64,000 nucleotides of DNA from Chthoniobacterales bacterium (GTDB lineage: Bacteria > Verrucomicrobiota > Verrucomicrobiia > Chthoniobacterales > UBA10450): the NCBI GenBank assembly GCA_051003415.1, contig JBPCLI010000015.1, positions 4,135 through 68,134 of the forward strand. Direction: 5' to 3'. Both the position numbers and the translations under genes were made by a program. The notes below the pieces were generated by a model, which ran no database searches, had not been told where the DNA came from, and was given only the letters and a program-made list of their open reading frames with translations. Shown here in pieces: positions 1 through 10,144 of the stretch (the stretch's first letter is position 1; every line of letters begins with the position of its first letter).

Positions 1-595
1 CGAACCGATCGTGCGCGCCTACATTCTTTGCCCTAACGAATCGATCGGCGATATTCTCCAGCTCATCCTCGAGAAGCGCGGGGTGATGGATCACACCGAG
101 TCGCTCGACACCCGCCGCGTCATGCTCCATTGCGAGTTGCCGCTGAACGAAATCCTGGTCGATTTCAACGACAAAATTAAGAGCATCAGCCGCGGCTATG
201 CCTCGATGGATTACGAGCACGCCGGCTATCGCGTCTCAAATTTGGTCAAACTCGACCTCCTCGTGAATGGCGAACCGGTCGATGCCTTTTCCACCATCGT
301 CCATCGCGATCGCGCCGAATCGCGCGGCCGCCAGTTGGCCTCGAAACTGAAAGAGGTGATCCCAAGCCAGCTTTACCAGGTCGCGATCCAGGCCGCGATC
401 GGTGGCAAGATCGTGGCCCGCGAAACCATCTCCGCCCTGCGCAAAAACGTTACCGCGAAATGCTACGGCGGTGACATCAGCCGCAAACGCAAACTGCTCG
501 AGAAACAAAAAGAGGGGAAGAAGCGGATGAAGAGCATCGGCAAGATCAATATTCCGCAGGAAGCCTTCATTCAGGTTTTGCGGTCGTCGCAATAG
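1..595 (+). CDS. lepA: Elongation factor 4 (LepA), C-terminal part; 5' end outside window
   Basis: The ORF is open to the left edge. The LepA-type C-terminal region is recognisable ([34 protein letters not shown]). It is followed by lepB as in the classic lepA-lepB pair. Confidence 0.9.
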   Translation, partial: EPIVRAYILCPNESIGDILQLILEKRGVMDHTESLDTRRVMLHCELPLNEILVDFNDKIKSISRGYASMDYEHAGYRVSNLVKLDLLVNGEPVDAFSTIVHRDRAESRGRQLASKLKEVIPSQLYQVAIQAAIGGKIVARETISALRKNVTAKCYGGDISRKRKLLEKQKEGKKRMKSIGKINIPQEAFIQVLRSSQ

Positions 596-654
596 AAGCG
601 CGATTCTCCAACAACTGATTTTGCAAACTTCTTTCCTCAGCTAGCGTTCGCCCA

Positions 655-1746
655 ATGTTCGAGCCGCGCTATATCAAGCACAGCCACTTTCTCATCCGCC
701 ACGCGGAGAAGTTGATTCGTTACCGGCACGACCGGCTGAGCGAGTCGACTCTCGCCGAGCTCCGCGCCCAGATTGAAAAAGTGCGGGCGGCGATGAAAGC
801 GCGCGATCAGCGCACGACGCATGAAGAATCAGAGCGCCTCGACGTGCTTCTCAGCCAGCACACACCGCCGCAGAAGGACGCAGTCTGGCGCGAAAATGTC
901 GAAGTCATCCTCGTCGCGATCGTGGTTGCGATCGGCATCCGGTCCTATTTCATCCAGCCCTTCAAGATTCCGACCGGCTCGATGCAGCCGACGCTCAACG
1001 GCATCATCGGGCACCCCATGACCACGCCCGCGCCAAACATTTTCCAGCAGGTCTTCGAATTCGTCGCCTTCGGCCGCAACTACATCGACGTTGTCTCTGA
1101 CGAGGAAAACACCATCATGGACGTCACGCCCCGGAAGATGTTCTTCTTCTTCACGATGTCGCGGATCACCTGCGATCATCAGTCGTTCAGCGTTTACGCG
1201 CCGCCGGAGATCTTGCGACAGGATTTTCAGGTTCTTCCCGGCAATAGCTATCATCGCGGGCAGGTCATCGCGCGCGGTGCAGTCGATACCGGCGACCAGG
1301 TTTTCGTCGATAAATTCAGCTACAACTTCATTCATCCGCATCGCGGCGATGTCTTTGTTTTCCGGACGAATCACATTCTCGGGATTCGCGAGGACCCGGA
1401 GGCAGGCGCGCCGTTTTACATCAAACGCCTGACCGGAACGCCGGGTGACGAGCTGCGGATTGATTCGCCCAAGCTTTACGTCAACGGCGGCCTCGCCAAG
1501 AACTTCGGCATTCGCCGCGTCATGTCGGCAGAGGAACCATACAAGGGCTACTCGCCGGGGCAGGCGTTTCTCGGCACGCCGAACCGCGCTTTCGTCATCC
1601 CGCCGCACTCCTATTTCGCGATGGGCGACAACAGCTACAACAGTTACGACAGTCGCTACTGGGGTCCGGTCCCGGAAGAGAACGTCGTCGGGCGCGGATT
1701 ATTCGTTTACTGGCCCTTCACCCGGCATTGGGGCCTGATTCGTTAG
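655..1746 (+). CDS. lepB: Signal peptidase I
   Basis: N-terminal TM segment; S26 boxes IPTGSMQPTL, RGDVFVF, YIKRLTGTPGDEL, MGDNSYNSYDSRYWGPV. The TAG stop lies inside a CGTTAGGC motif copy. Confidence 0.9.
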   Translation: MFEPRYIKHSHFLIRHAEKLIRYRHDRLSESTLAELRAQIEKVRAAMKARDQRTTHEESERLDVLLSQHTPPQKDAVWRENVEVILVAIVVAIGIRSYFIQPFKIPTGSMQPTLNGIIGHPMTTPAPNIFQQVFEFVAFGRNYIDVVSDEENTIMDVTPRKMFFFFTMSRITCDHQSFSVYAPPEILRQDFQVLPGNSYHRGQVIARGAVDTGDQVFVDKFSYNFIHPHRGDVFVFRTNHILGIREDPEAGAPFYIKRLTGTPGDELRIDSPKLYVNGGLAKNFGIRRVMSAEEPYKGYSPGQAFLGTPNRAFVIPPHSYFAMGDNSYNSYDSRYWGPVPEENVVGRGLFVYWPFTRHWGLIR

Positions 1747-1760
1747 GCGAAGTTTTCCCG

Positions 1761-2939
1761 ATGTTCTCCGCCGTGCCGCGTGTCTATCCGCTGCTCGGGA
1801 TGCTCGCCGGCTACTCCTTGGTCATGCTGGCAAATCCTGTGCGGGTTGCGCTCCGCGACGGTTTTCGCTGCAGTCTGCGCTTTAAGCGCGTCTGGCTTCT
1901 CTTCGCGCTCTTCGCGCTGGCTTATTCCGCCTTTCAGTTTGTCGTCTTCAGTCCGCTGCAATCGTCCGCGGATCTTCGCGTCGAACAATTCGCGTTTTGG
2001 GAATCGTGGCACTGGCCGATCTTCTCCCAGGTCTGGCGCGAGAGTCTCCTTCATACCGCGGAATCGGTGGCCGGTCTTTTCGACGCCGCCGCGACCACTT
2101 GCCCGCTTTCCGTTCTCGCCGCCCTCCTGCTCATTGTGAATTGGCGCGGACTGCACGGCAGTCTGGTGCGCGCCTTGCGCAAACAATTCGGCCCCGCGGG
2201 CTGGCTGATTTACGTCGGCATCCTGCTCAGCGCGCTCGCTTCGTTGCTTAAGCCTTTCATCTATTGGCAGCGCTCGGACCGCTTGCTTTTTCTTTCGCCG
2301 GCGCATCTCCTCCAGACCTCAGCCGCGGTCGACACCGTAGCGTTTATTTTCGAATACCTTTGCGCGGTTTACCTTCAGGTTTACCTGATTGCGGTCTGTC
2401 TCGCGTGGATCAAGGGGCTGAACTTTCGTGAGGGCGAGCTGATGCGTTTTGCCATGCGGCGCTTCAGTTTTGTATTGAAATGGCTCGGCCTCGTGGTGCT
2501 CGCGAGCACGCTCCTTCTGCGCCTGCCGCTTTTGGTTGCTTATTTTCGCGACGTGCCTGGCGTGCTCGATTATTTGCCGATCGGCCGTTGCGCCATGGCC
2601 GCGCTGATCATTTGTTTTTCCTCGATGCAGATTTCGCTCGTTCTGCATAACGAAAGCCTCGCCGAAGCCCTCCGGGCGCACTGGCAATTTGTTAGGCGAC
2701 ACGCTTATCGTCTCGCCTGGTTCCTCGTCATCGGCGCGCTCCATTACTGGTTTCTCTCCCTCGCCGACAGCGTCATCCGCGCGGCTGCGACCGAGCGATT
2801 GCTCGCCTTGTTGCTCTGGAAGATTTTCTACGTCCTGGCCCGAGCCTTCGTCACCGGCTGGCTGCTTGCCAGTTGGGTGGCCCTTTTTCGGCAGTGTGAA
2901 ATCGGGCGGGCAAATCGCGAAACCTGGATCCGGTACTAG
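1761..2939 (+). CDS. Polytopic inner-membrane protein, function unknown
   Basis: Long ORF with high GC3 and many hydrophobic helices. ATG at 1761 (MFSAVPR) lies just after the lepB stop. No family recognised. Confidence 0.55.
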   Translation: MFSAVPRVYPLLGMLAGYSLVMLANPVRVALRDGFRCSLRFKRVWLLFALFALAYSAFQFVVFSPLQSSADLRVEQFAFWESWHWPIFSQVWRESLLHTAESVAGLFDAAATTCPLSVLAALLLIVNWRGLHGSLVRALRKQFGPAGWLIYVGILLSALASLLKPFIYWQRSDRLLFLSPAHLLQTSAAVDTVAFIFEYLCAVYLQVYLIAVCLAWIKGLNFREGELMRFAMRRFSFVLKWLGLVVLASTLLLRLPLLVAYFRDVPGVLDYLPIGRCAMAALIICFSSMQISLVLHNESLAEALRAHWQFVRRHAYRLAWFLVIGALHYWFLSLADSVIRAAATERLLALLLWKIFYVLARAFVTGWLLASWVALFRQCEIGRANRETWIRY

Positions 2940-2943
2940 CGCC

Positions 2944-3780
2944 ATGCCGACCGAGCCTTCCAGCGCCGAGGAAATCACTCGCGCCAGCCAGTCGAACCTG
3001 GCTTTCGCTTTCATTTCGTTAGGCAAAGAGCGTCGGCGCGACATCACGATCTTCTACGCTTACTGCCGGCTGATCGACGACATCGCCGACTCGAGCGAGC
3101 TGCCGCCGGAGGAAAAAGCGCGCCAGTTAAAGCTCTGGCGTGACGCCCTCCACAGGCCGTTCGCGCACGAGTCGCCGCTCGCCCCCAAGGTGCGCGGCTT
3201 GACTGAGCGCTACGCGATCACCCCGGCGATGCTGGAAGAAATCCAAGACGGCGTGGAGATGGATTTAACAATTTCCCGTTACGCAACTTTCCCCGACCTG
3301 CGCGAATATTGTTACCGCGTGGCGAGCGCGGTCGGCCTCGTCAGCATCGAGATTTTTGGTTATCAAAACCCGGCCTGCCGCGAATACGCGATCGAGCTCG
3401 GCCTTGCGTTGCAGGTCACAAATATCCTGCGGGACGTAGCGAAGGATCACGCCAACGGCCGAATTTATCTGCCCCAGGAAGACATGGCGCGCTTCGACTA
3501 CGGCGAGGACGACCTGGCCGCGCACAAATCCGATGACCGATTCGTCAGGCTAATGGAGTTCGAGGCGCAGCGCGCCCACGAGTTTTTCCGAAAAGCCAGC
3601 GCGCTCCTCCCGCGCGAAGACCGGCGCTCGATGATCGGCGCCCGAATCATGTCGTCGATCTATCACGCGCTTCTGCGCCAGATGGAGCGCGATGGTTTCC
3701 GCGTCTTCAACCGGCACTACCGTTTGAGCAAACCGGCAAAATTCCTGCACGTTGGCCGGGAGCTGTTGAAGCTTCATTGA
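2944..3780 (+). CDS. Squalene/phytoene synthase family protein (HpnC/HpnD- or CrtM-like)
   Basis: Internal ATG of the 2689..3780 ORF (MPTEPSS). Two Asp-rich boxes are present: YCRLIDDIADS and ILRDVAKDHANGRIYLPQED. The size (~278 aa) is typical of the family. Confidence 0.85.
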   Translation: MPTEPSSAEEITRASQSNLAFAFISLGKERRRDITIFYAYCRLIDDIADSSELPPEEKARQLKLWRDALHRPFAHESPLAPKVRGLTERYAITPAMLEEIQDGVEMDLTISRYATFPDLREYCYRVASAVGLVSIEIFGYQNPACREYAIELGLALQVTNILRDVAKDHANGRIYLPQEDMARFDYGEDDLAAHKSDDRFVRLMEFEAQRAHEFFRKASALLPREDRRSMIGARIMSSIYHALLRQMERDGFRVFNRHYRLSKPAKFLHVGRELLKLH

Positions 3781-3831
3781 ATAGCTTTCAACAACATCCG
3801 TCTTAACTGCACAGTTCGATTCTAAAGCATT

Positions 3832-4221
3832 ATGAAAAAGTATTTTATCCCAGTGGTCTCAGCCGCGATTTTGTTGCCGATGGCGCTCACGTCTTGTGAC
3901 ACGCCGGTCGGTCAGGGGGCCGGATTCGGCGCGGCCACGGGCGCGATTATCGGCGGCGCGGCGACCGGCCGGGTACGCGGGGCCGCGATCGGCGCGGGCG
4001 CGGGTGCGTTGGCCGGAGCGCTTATCGGCGCGGCGGTCGAAGAAGATCAAGCGCGCTACTACCATGAGCCTTCCGGCGGTTATCCGTTTGGACGCCGGAC
4101 GAGCACCCCAGGCTATGTTTACAGTCCTTACGGTCCGCACAACATCATCGATGTGCGCGGCGTGCCGCCCGGTGCGCTGGTGCGCGATCCGTCAACTGGT
4201 GGAATCTTTCGCCGGCCCTAA
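3832..4221 (+). CDS. Glycine-zipper lipoprotein
   Basis: Signal peptide with lipobox LTSC. GxxxG-rich stretch GAATGAIIGGAATGRVRGAAIGAGAGALAGALIGAAV. Confidence 0.75.
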   Translation: MKKYFIPVVSAAILLPMALTSCDTPVGQGAGFGAATGAIIGGAATGRVRGAAIGAGAGALAGALIGAAVEEDQARYYHEPSGGYPFGRRTSTPGYVYSPYGPHNIIDVRGVPPGALVRDPSTGGIFRRP

Positions 4222-4750
4222 GGCCTTCTCTAAATCTTCGACAACGGATTGGTCGCGCTCTAGCAAGATCAACCCGTTCAGCTCGTCGATTCGTTCCCTG
4301 CAATGCCCAGAGCCGGACTGCAAAGCAGTAATTGTTTACCGCCGGGCGCAACCGCCGCAACATCGCCCGTGATCGCGCCTTCGCGCCTATGTCACGCCGA
4401 GCGTTGACCCGTGCTATGGTAAATTCGTCTCTTTTTTCCGCCAGGAAATCACCGTCCTGCCCGCTCACTAACGCCGACGGTTTGCCCGAGAAAGAGATCC
4501 CTGCCACGGATCCTCCGCACCCAAATCGGCCCGACCACAATCCGACTGCGAATCATAACCTATGGGTGCCAATTAAACTAACGCGCCGTATTTTTACAAA
4601 TACCCGAGTGCCACAACGGGTCCTGCAGACAGGCGGGATTTTAAAAATGGGAGCGCGATTTGGAACGCCTCGGTAGACGCAACAATCACAGTTAACTTTC
4701 CAGAAATGCGGACAAACTTGGCGACAGGGCAGAGGGCGACTAGCTTTATG

Positions 4751-5800
4751 TTACCTGTAAATGATGGAGGTATCTATCTTTACTAGTCGCCCTCCGAGAT
4801 GCATAGCTATTAGCAGGAATATCGGGGGCTCCAGTTCCGCCACTCGATGAGGGGGCTTGGAGAGAACGGCTTCAACGACTTGACTGATAAAATCCAGCGC
4901 CTTTGGAAATTCTCCTTTGTCCAACATTCCGAGAGGTCGGTAGCTTTCGACTACGCGGGACGCCTTGTTTTTTCGCTTCGAGTGAGCGTAGTACATTACA
5001 TGTGCGGCCGCAATATTTGGCCCTTCCTCCGGTTCGACGAGAGCTAGGGAGTGACGGAAGGCGGAGTCGATCTCGTCGTCACCGGCAGTCGCAAAAATCG
5101 TCGCCTGGTTCACTGTCTCTTGCGGGATTCGGGCGACAACTGTAAATGCCACCGTTCCCGCCGGGACGCTTCGATAAAATTGAAAATGATCGCGCAGTCG
5201 GTAGTGGAGCAGATGAATCCAGCTCGTAAAGTAGTGCTTAAAGTCTTGATGAATCAACAGGCTTCCTAACTGTAGGTTGGGGAAGAAATCTCGCGCGATC
5301 CGTTCCGTGAGGCCGTCGTTTTTCATGGCATCTACCAGTAAGATTTTGATAGGACCGCCATTCCACTGGTAATGGTTCAAGTCTGCCTGGATTAATTCGA
5401 CTCGACCGCCGCCATACTCGCGGACGACACGGCGCGCCTCGGGAAGAAAACTCTCGCCGGGCTGATAAAGACAATACGGAATGCGAGCCGGCATCCACTC
5501 ATTCCATTCGAACAGATCGAAGCCGAAGACTTTCTCATTCTGAGAGTAGGCTTTTGAGCCGTGACTCAGGAGGCCTTGCGCCAGCGCGATCGACGTTGAA
5601 CCCAACCAACAGCCAAGATCAACAATGGCACCTTCTATTCCAGCGTAATGAGCAGCGCTTTCGCAATAGAACGCTGCTTCTTCGGACGAGATCATGCCAA
5701 TCTTGGCCCTAGGAACGATAGGTTCGGCGGCGTCGACCGGGAGATCTCGCCTTGAACGACAAAGACTTTTCACAGACCTAAACCATGGGAGTCTTGGCAT
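4751..5800 (-). CDS. Putative class I SAM-dependent methyltransferase, encoded on a low-GC islet
   Basis: 349-aa ORF with a glycine-rich IVDLGCWLGSTS loop and a downstream acidic ILLVDAMKND strand, consistent with a Rossmann-type MTase. GC content and codon usage are clearly lower than in the neighbours. Confidence 0.5.
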   Translation of the reverse strand: MPRLPWFRSVKSLCRSRRDLPVDAAEPIVPRAKIGMISSEEAAFYCESAAHYAGIEGAIVDLGCWLGSTSIALAQGLLSHGSKAYSQNEKVFGFDLFEWNEWMPARIPYCLYQPGESFLPEARRVVREYGGGRVELIQADLNHYQWNGGPIKILLVDAMKNDGLTERIARDFFPNLQLGSLLIHQDFKHYFTSWIHLLHYRLRDHFQFYRSVPAGTVAFTVVARIPQETVNQATIFATAGDDEIDSAFRHSLALVEPEEGPNIAAAHVMYYAHSKRKNKASRVVESYRPLGMLDKGEFPKALDFISQVVEAVLSKPPHRVAELEPPIFLLIAMHLGGRLVKIDTSIIYR

Positions 5801-5922
5801 AGAAATTTCCTAGCTTGCACAGGGCGACCACAGAATAGCATGATTCGACGTCCGTGTTTGAGCGACGGTTTTCCTCTGCGACGCGCAGCGGGAGCAGACA
5901 GAGAAGGTTTTGAGGTGTCGAA

Positions 5923-7395
5923 TCAGGTCGTTCTCTTTTGCAGCTCGTCGACCATTTTTCTCGTCGCGTCATCCATCCGCACCAGCTCGGGCCAGCCACG
6001 GGTGTAGCCTTCACCGGATAATTTTCGGGTCGCGTCAAGGCCCATGTGAGAACCCACATTCTGCACGCTCGGCGCGTGGTCGAGCGAGTCGCTCGGGTTC
6101 GTGATGATCGTGGTGTCGCGTTTCGGATCGGTATTGGCGCACATCCGGAAGAGCACTTCGCTCGTGTTGTGGACGTCGCAGTCCTCATCCACTACCACGA
6201 TGTATTTGCTGAACATCATCTGTCCCATGCCCCAGAGCCCGTGCATCACCTTGAAGGCCTGGTAGGCATATTGCTTCCGGATGCTGACGAAGACGAGGTT
6301 GTGAAAAACGCCTTCGGCCGGCAGCGCCATGTCGACAATTTCCGGGAAGTTCATTTTGAAAACGGGCAGGAAGATCCGCACGCTGGCCGAGCCGAGATAG
6401 AAATCTTCCATCGGCGGAATGCCGACGATCGTGGTCGGATAAACCGCTTCGCGCCGGTGCGTGATGGCGGTGAGATGAAAGACCGGATAATCCTCGACCG
6501 CGGTGTAGAAACCGGTGTGATCGCCGAACGGCCCTTCCGCCCGCAATTCGCCCGGCTGCACATAACCCTCAAGGACAAAATCAACGTCCGCCGGCACTTC
6601 CAGGTCATTCGTTAGGCACTTGACCAGCTCGACGGATTTTTTACGGATAAAACCGGCGAAAAGAATCTCATCGAGCCCGTCGGGCAACGGCGCGGTGGCG
6701 GCGAAAGTATAAGCGGGATCGCCCCCAATGGTGACGGCGACCGGCATGCGCTCGTTACGCTCGTAATAAAGTTTGCCGTGGCGCGCGCCGACCTTGTGCA
6801 CCTGCCAATGCATGCCGGCCGTGAGGCCGTCGTAGACCTGCATCCGGTACATCCCGAGGTTGCGCGCGCCGGTTTCCGGATCGCGGGTGTGAACATTCGG
6901 CAAAGTGATAAAACGCCCGCCGTCCTTCGGCCAGCATTTCAGGATGGGGAGATCGCCTAACGAAAAATCGCCGACACCGCCCTCAAGCCGGTGCGCGATT
7001 TCCTGACAGGCGGCGGATTTTACGTGCTTCGGGCGCGCGTGAAGCAGGTTCAAGCCCTGCTTCAAAAGAGTCCATCCTTCGCGCAGATCCGTCGGCGGCT
7101 TGGCCTTCAGAATAAGCGAAATCTCCTGCGCCAAATCGCCTACGCTCTCGACCTGCAGCGCGAGCGCCATCCGCTTCTCCGAACCCATCGTATTGATGGC
7201 GACCGGAAACTTCGAAACCTTGCCGTCGATCAGCGGCTGCTCGAAGAGGAGCGCCTTGCCTCCGTCAGGCGATTTCATTTCGCGATCGGCCCACTCCGCA
7301 ATCACGAGATCCGTCTCCACCGGCGCGCTGATTCGCTGCAATTCGCCGGTCTTCTCGAGGGCCGTGAGAAATTGGGAAAAAGAAGCGTAAGCCAT
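5923..7395 (-). CDS. UbiD-family (prenylated-FMN) decarboxylase, quinone biosynthesis type
   Basis: 490 aa. The N-terminus FLTALEKTGELQRISAPVETDLVIAE and the overall length and pattern are typical of UbiD / menaquinone-biosynthesis decarboxylases. Confidence 0.9.
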   Translation of the reverse strand: MAYASFSQFLTALEKTGELQRISAPVETDLVIAEWADREMKSPDGGKALLFEQPLIDGKVSKFPVAINTMGSEKRMALALQVESVGDLAQEISLILKAKPPTDLREGWTLLKQGLNLLHARPKHVKSAACQEIAHRLEGGVGDFSLGDLPILKCWPKDGGRFITLPNVHTRDPETGARNLGMYRMQVYDGLTAGMHWQVHKVGARHGKLYYERNERMPVAVTIGGDPAYTFAATAPLPDGLDEILFAGFIRKKSVELVKCLTNDLEVPADVDFVLEGYVQPGELRAEGPFGDHTGFYTAVEDYPVFHLTAITHRREAVYPTTIVGIPPMEDFYLGSASVRIFLPVFKMNFPEIVDMALPAEGVFHNLVFVSIRKQYAYQAFKVMHGLWGMGQMMFSKYIVVVDEDCDVHNTSEVLFRMCANTDPKRDTTIITNPSDSLDHAPSVQNVGSHMGLDATRKLSGEGYTRGWPELVRMDDATRKMVDELQKRTT

Positions 7396-7439
7396 GGTCG
7401 TGCGCCTAACGCTTCTTTACCCCGTTTTTCGCGCCGTCG

Positions 7440-7733
7440 CTACTTCGGCATGCTAACCAACCCTCGGCTGGTGTAATCGCCCAGGGTCAAGAGCAGCATG
7501 AGAAAGAGCCAGATCAAACCGGTAAAGGCGGCGAGATGCAGAAGCCGGCTGCTTCCTTTGATGTGCATGAAAAATAGCACGATCAAAATCGTCTTTGTGA
7601 AGGAGATAAAGAGCGCAATCGGAAGATTAAAGACGCCGAAATTGACGTAAGCGAGCCCCCATGTGAGCGCGAGAAGCCCCATCAAACAAAGGCAATTCGT
7701 CCAGTAAATCTTTGGCGGGTGAATCTTTTCCAT
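7440..7733 (-). CDS. Cytochrome c oxidase subunit IV (small three-TM subunit)
   Basis: 97-aa hydrophobic protein. Its start overlaps the stop of subunit III (7733). Confidence 0.7.
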   Translation of the reverse strand: MEKIHPPKIYWTNCLCLMGLLALTWGLAYVNFGVFNLPIALFISFTKTILIVLFFMHIKGSSRLLHLAAFTGLIWLFLMLLLTLGDYTSRGLVSMPK

Positions 7734-8383
7734 CAGCGGTGTCCCGCCAGATAGAGGAGCGGGAAGAGAAAGACCCAGACGATGTCGACGAAGTGCCAGT
7801 AGAGACCGGCGACCTCGACCGGCATGTAATTCCCGCCCTCAAATCGACGCCGCCAGGCGAGCAGTGCCATCACCAGCATAACGACGATGCCTACGGTGAC
7901 GTGAATCGCATGCAATCCGGTCATGGCGAAGTAGAGCCAGAAGAAAATCTCAGCCGCGCCTGGGTTGGCGTCGTGCCATTGGAAACCAGCACCCGGCACG
8001 AGGTGATCGACGAAGTCCTTGTGATACTCAAACCCCTTGATTCCCATGAAGACAATTCCCAAAAGCGCGGTCCCGAGGAGGAGCCAGATGAGGTGGCGAC
8101 GCCGGCCGAGTTGGGACGCGCGGACAGCGAGCGCCATGAGAGTGCTGCTGAAGAGAAGGATGGCGGTGTTGGCGCCGCCCAGCATCACTTCCGTGTGCCG
8201 GCTGGCGGCGGCGAACACCTCCGGGTAGAGATACCGATAGACGGTGTAAGAAAGGAAAAGGCCGCCGAAAAAAAGCACCTCGGTCGCCAGGAAAATCCAC
8301 ATCCCGAGCTTGGCCGCTTCATGCTGCTGTTCGATGTCGTCGAACTGCTCAGCAAGAATATTTGGGGCGGCGGCTTCGCTCAT
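7733..8383 (-). CDS. ctaE: Heme-copper (aa3/caa3-type) cytochrome c oxidase subunit III
   Basis: 216 aa, 5 TM. C-terminal signature LYWHFVDIVWVFLFPLLYL. Confidence 0.9.
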   Translation of the reverse strand: MSEAAAPNILAEQFDDIEQQHEAAKLGMWIFLATEVLFFGGLFLSYTVYRYLYPEVFAAASRHTEVMLGGANTAILLFSSTLMALAVRASQLGRRRHLIWLLLGTALLGIVFMGIKGFEYHKDFVDHLVPGAGFQWHDANPGAAEIFFWLYFAMTGLHAIHVTVGIVVMLVMALLAWRRRFEGGNYMPVEVAGLYWHFVDIVWVFLFPLLYLAGHR

Positions 8384-8432
8384 CTCCAGAAAAGGATCGC
8401 GTCTCGCGGTCGAAGTGAGCCTCTCTGTTTAA

Positions 8433-9326
8433 TCACGCCTCGCTGAAATGCGCCTCGGGCACCGGCTCAGTCTCGTGGATGCGGCCGTAATCGACACTGA
8501 GCCGATTGGTGCCAAGCTCGGTATAGATCTCGACAAAACGTTCGCCGTAACGCACATCGCGCCACGAATAACCTTGCTGACTTTGCACGGCTGCCGGGAT
8601 GACCGTCTCGACGCAGACGACCGACGCCATCAGCCGCGTGTCAGCGGCCTCCAATAGCCCAGGAGTTATCCCGTGCAAAGGGCTTTGCTCATCAATCGTA
8701 TGGCGCAAGGTAAGCGCGGCGGGAAACATGATGAGCCGGTCAAAGTGCAACTTGAGGGAATAGAAACGCCGCACCACCTCGCCTTCCTGGACCCTCTCAT
8801 CGCGGTGCATCATTAGGCGAAATTCCGCTTCCACCATGCTGTGATGCCGCAAGTTAGCGACCCGCAACATCAGTGTTGGCTGACCGTCAAACGGCGCGAT
8901 GACGATAGAGTCGCTGAAGAGGATCCGGGCAGTCGGTCGGGAGAACCGGACAAAGATCAAACCCGTGATCACGGCCAGCCAAAACATTCCCACCATGATC
9001 TCAACCGTCGCAACCGCGTGCCCGTAAACGGTCTGCGGATACATGTGACCATAACCAACAGTCGCGAGCGTCTCCGCGCTGAAAAACAATGCCCCAAGAA
9101 AAGAGCCCGGGACCATCTCCGCGATGCACGGGCCGCCGAGCGCGTAGAGCGCGGCGAAGAGCAGGTTGATCGTGAGATAGACCCCGAGGATCAGGAAAGC
9201 AAACCGCGACCAGCTCAGGGCAAGTATCCAGTGATAAATGTCGCGCCACTCCTGCTTCTGGGCATTGACTTTGAGAAACTCAAGCTGCCCGACACGTATC
9301 GAGATAGGACGCGAAGTTCTTTTCAT
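8433..9326 (-). CDS. Inward-rectifier-type potassium channel (KirBac family)
   Basis: Two TM segments flank a pore helix with the selectivity filter TVGYGHMYP. A C-terminal cytoplasmic beta-rich domain typical of KirBac follows. Confidence 0.9.
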   Translation of the reverse strand: MKRTSRPISIRVGQLEFLKVNAQKQEWRDIYHWILALSWSRFAFLILGVYLTINLLFAALYALGGPCIAEMVPGSFLGALFFSAETLATVGYGHMYPQTVYGHAVATVEIMVGMFWLAVITGLIFVRFSRPTARILFSDSIVIAPFDGQPTLMLRVANLRHHSMVEAEFRLMMHRDERVQEGEVVRRFYSLKLHFDRLIMFPAALTLRHTIDEQSPLHGITPGLLEAADTRLMASVVCVETVIPAAVQSQQGYSWRDVRYGERFVEIYTELGTNRLSVDYGRIHETEPVPEAHFSEA

Positions 9327-9361
9327 CTTGGGAATCGGGATTAAGTCAGCCGACTGACGGC

Positions 9362-9850
9362 CTACTCTTCCGAGTCATAGTAGTCGATCGTCGCGCTGCC
9401 GCCTCGCACCAGCGTTCGCGCCGGAGAACGGACAAGCCATTTCTGGCTATCGGGATAATAGGAGGACTCACCGAGTGGATTATCGGCCACGACGTAGATG
9501 ACAAGGTCCTCCGCGCCATCGTTGATTAATTGATGCGCCTCGCCCGGTCCGTAGATAAATGCGTCGCCCGCCTCGATCGGCGTCCGGCCACTCTCGTCGC
9601 GGGCCAGGCCGCGCCCGGAGATGACATGGTAGAACTCCCATTGCGCGGAGTGCGAATGATATGGATAAGGTGCCTGTCCCGGAGCGAGGCGCAGGATCTC
9701 GACGGCGAAAGGATGCCGAGCTCTTGCCTCTGGACTTTGCGGATCCCAGCCGAGCGCTTCCGAAAGGTCTTTGCCCGTTCCGCCAAACTTTCCCTTCGGC
9801 GACGTCCAGGAGTATTCCTCCAACTGATTGGCGTTGATCTTTTTCATCAC
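9362..9850 (-). CDS. Cupin domain protein
   Basis: Cupin motif HSHSAQWEFYHVISGRG ... GDAFIYGPGEAHQLIN. Confidence 0.75.
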   Translation of the reverse strand: MMKKINANQLEEYSWTSPKGKFGGTGKDLSEALGWDPQSPEARARHPFAVEILRLAPGQAPYPYHSHSAQWEFYHVISGRGLARDESGRTPIEAGDAFIYGPGEAHQLINDGAEDLVIYVVADNPLGESSYYPDSQKWLVRSPARTLVRGGSATIDYYDSEE

Positions 9851-9853
9851 GCT

Positions 9854-10144
9854 CTACGCGGACAATGCGCCCGTTGCGCTCTCGTATCTGGAGCGAAATT
9901 TGGCGGCTGCTTTCGCCGCTTCCGCATCGCGATCGAGCGGTGGGGCTGTCGTCACGAGGGAAGCGAGCAGTTCGCGGGATGCCCGTGTCACGGCCTCCAC
10001 GGCTCGCGCGAACGGTTCTTCGTTTACCATTGAGGGACGGGTGAAGCCGCTCAGCTTCCGGACGTATTGCGTGGCGGAGGCGCGAATTTCTTCCTCCGTC
10101 GCAGGTGGCTGAAAATTGTGCAGCCTTTTGATATTTCGACACAT
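9854..10144 (-). CDS. DUF2277-like small protein
   Basis: Internal ATG gives MCRNIKRLHNFQPPATEEEIRASATQYVRKLSGF, a pattern I recognise as DUF2277. The upstream part of the 135-aa ORF looks non-coding. Confidence 0.65.
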   Translation of the reverse strand: MCRNIKRLHNFQPPATEEEIRASATQYVRKLSGFTRPSMVNEEPFARAVEAVTRASRELLASLVTTAPPLDRDAEAAKAAAKFRSRYESATGALSA

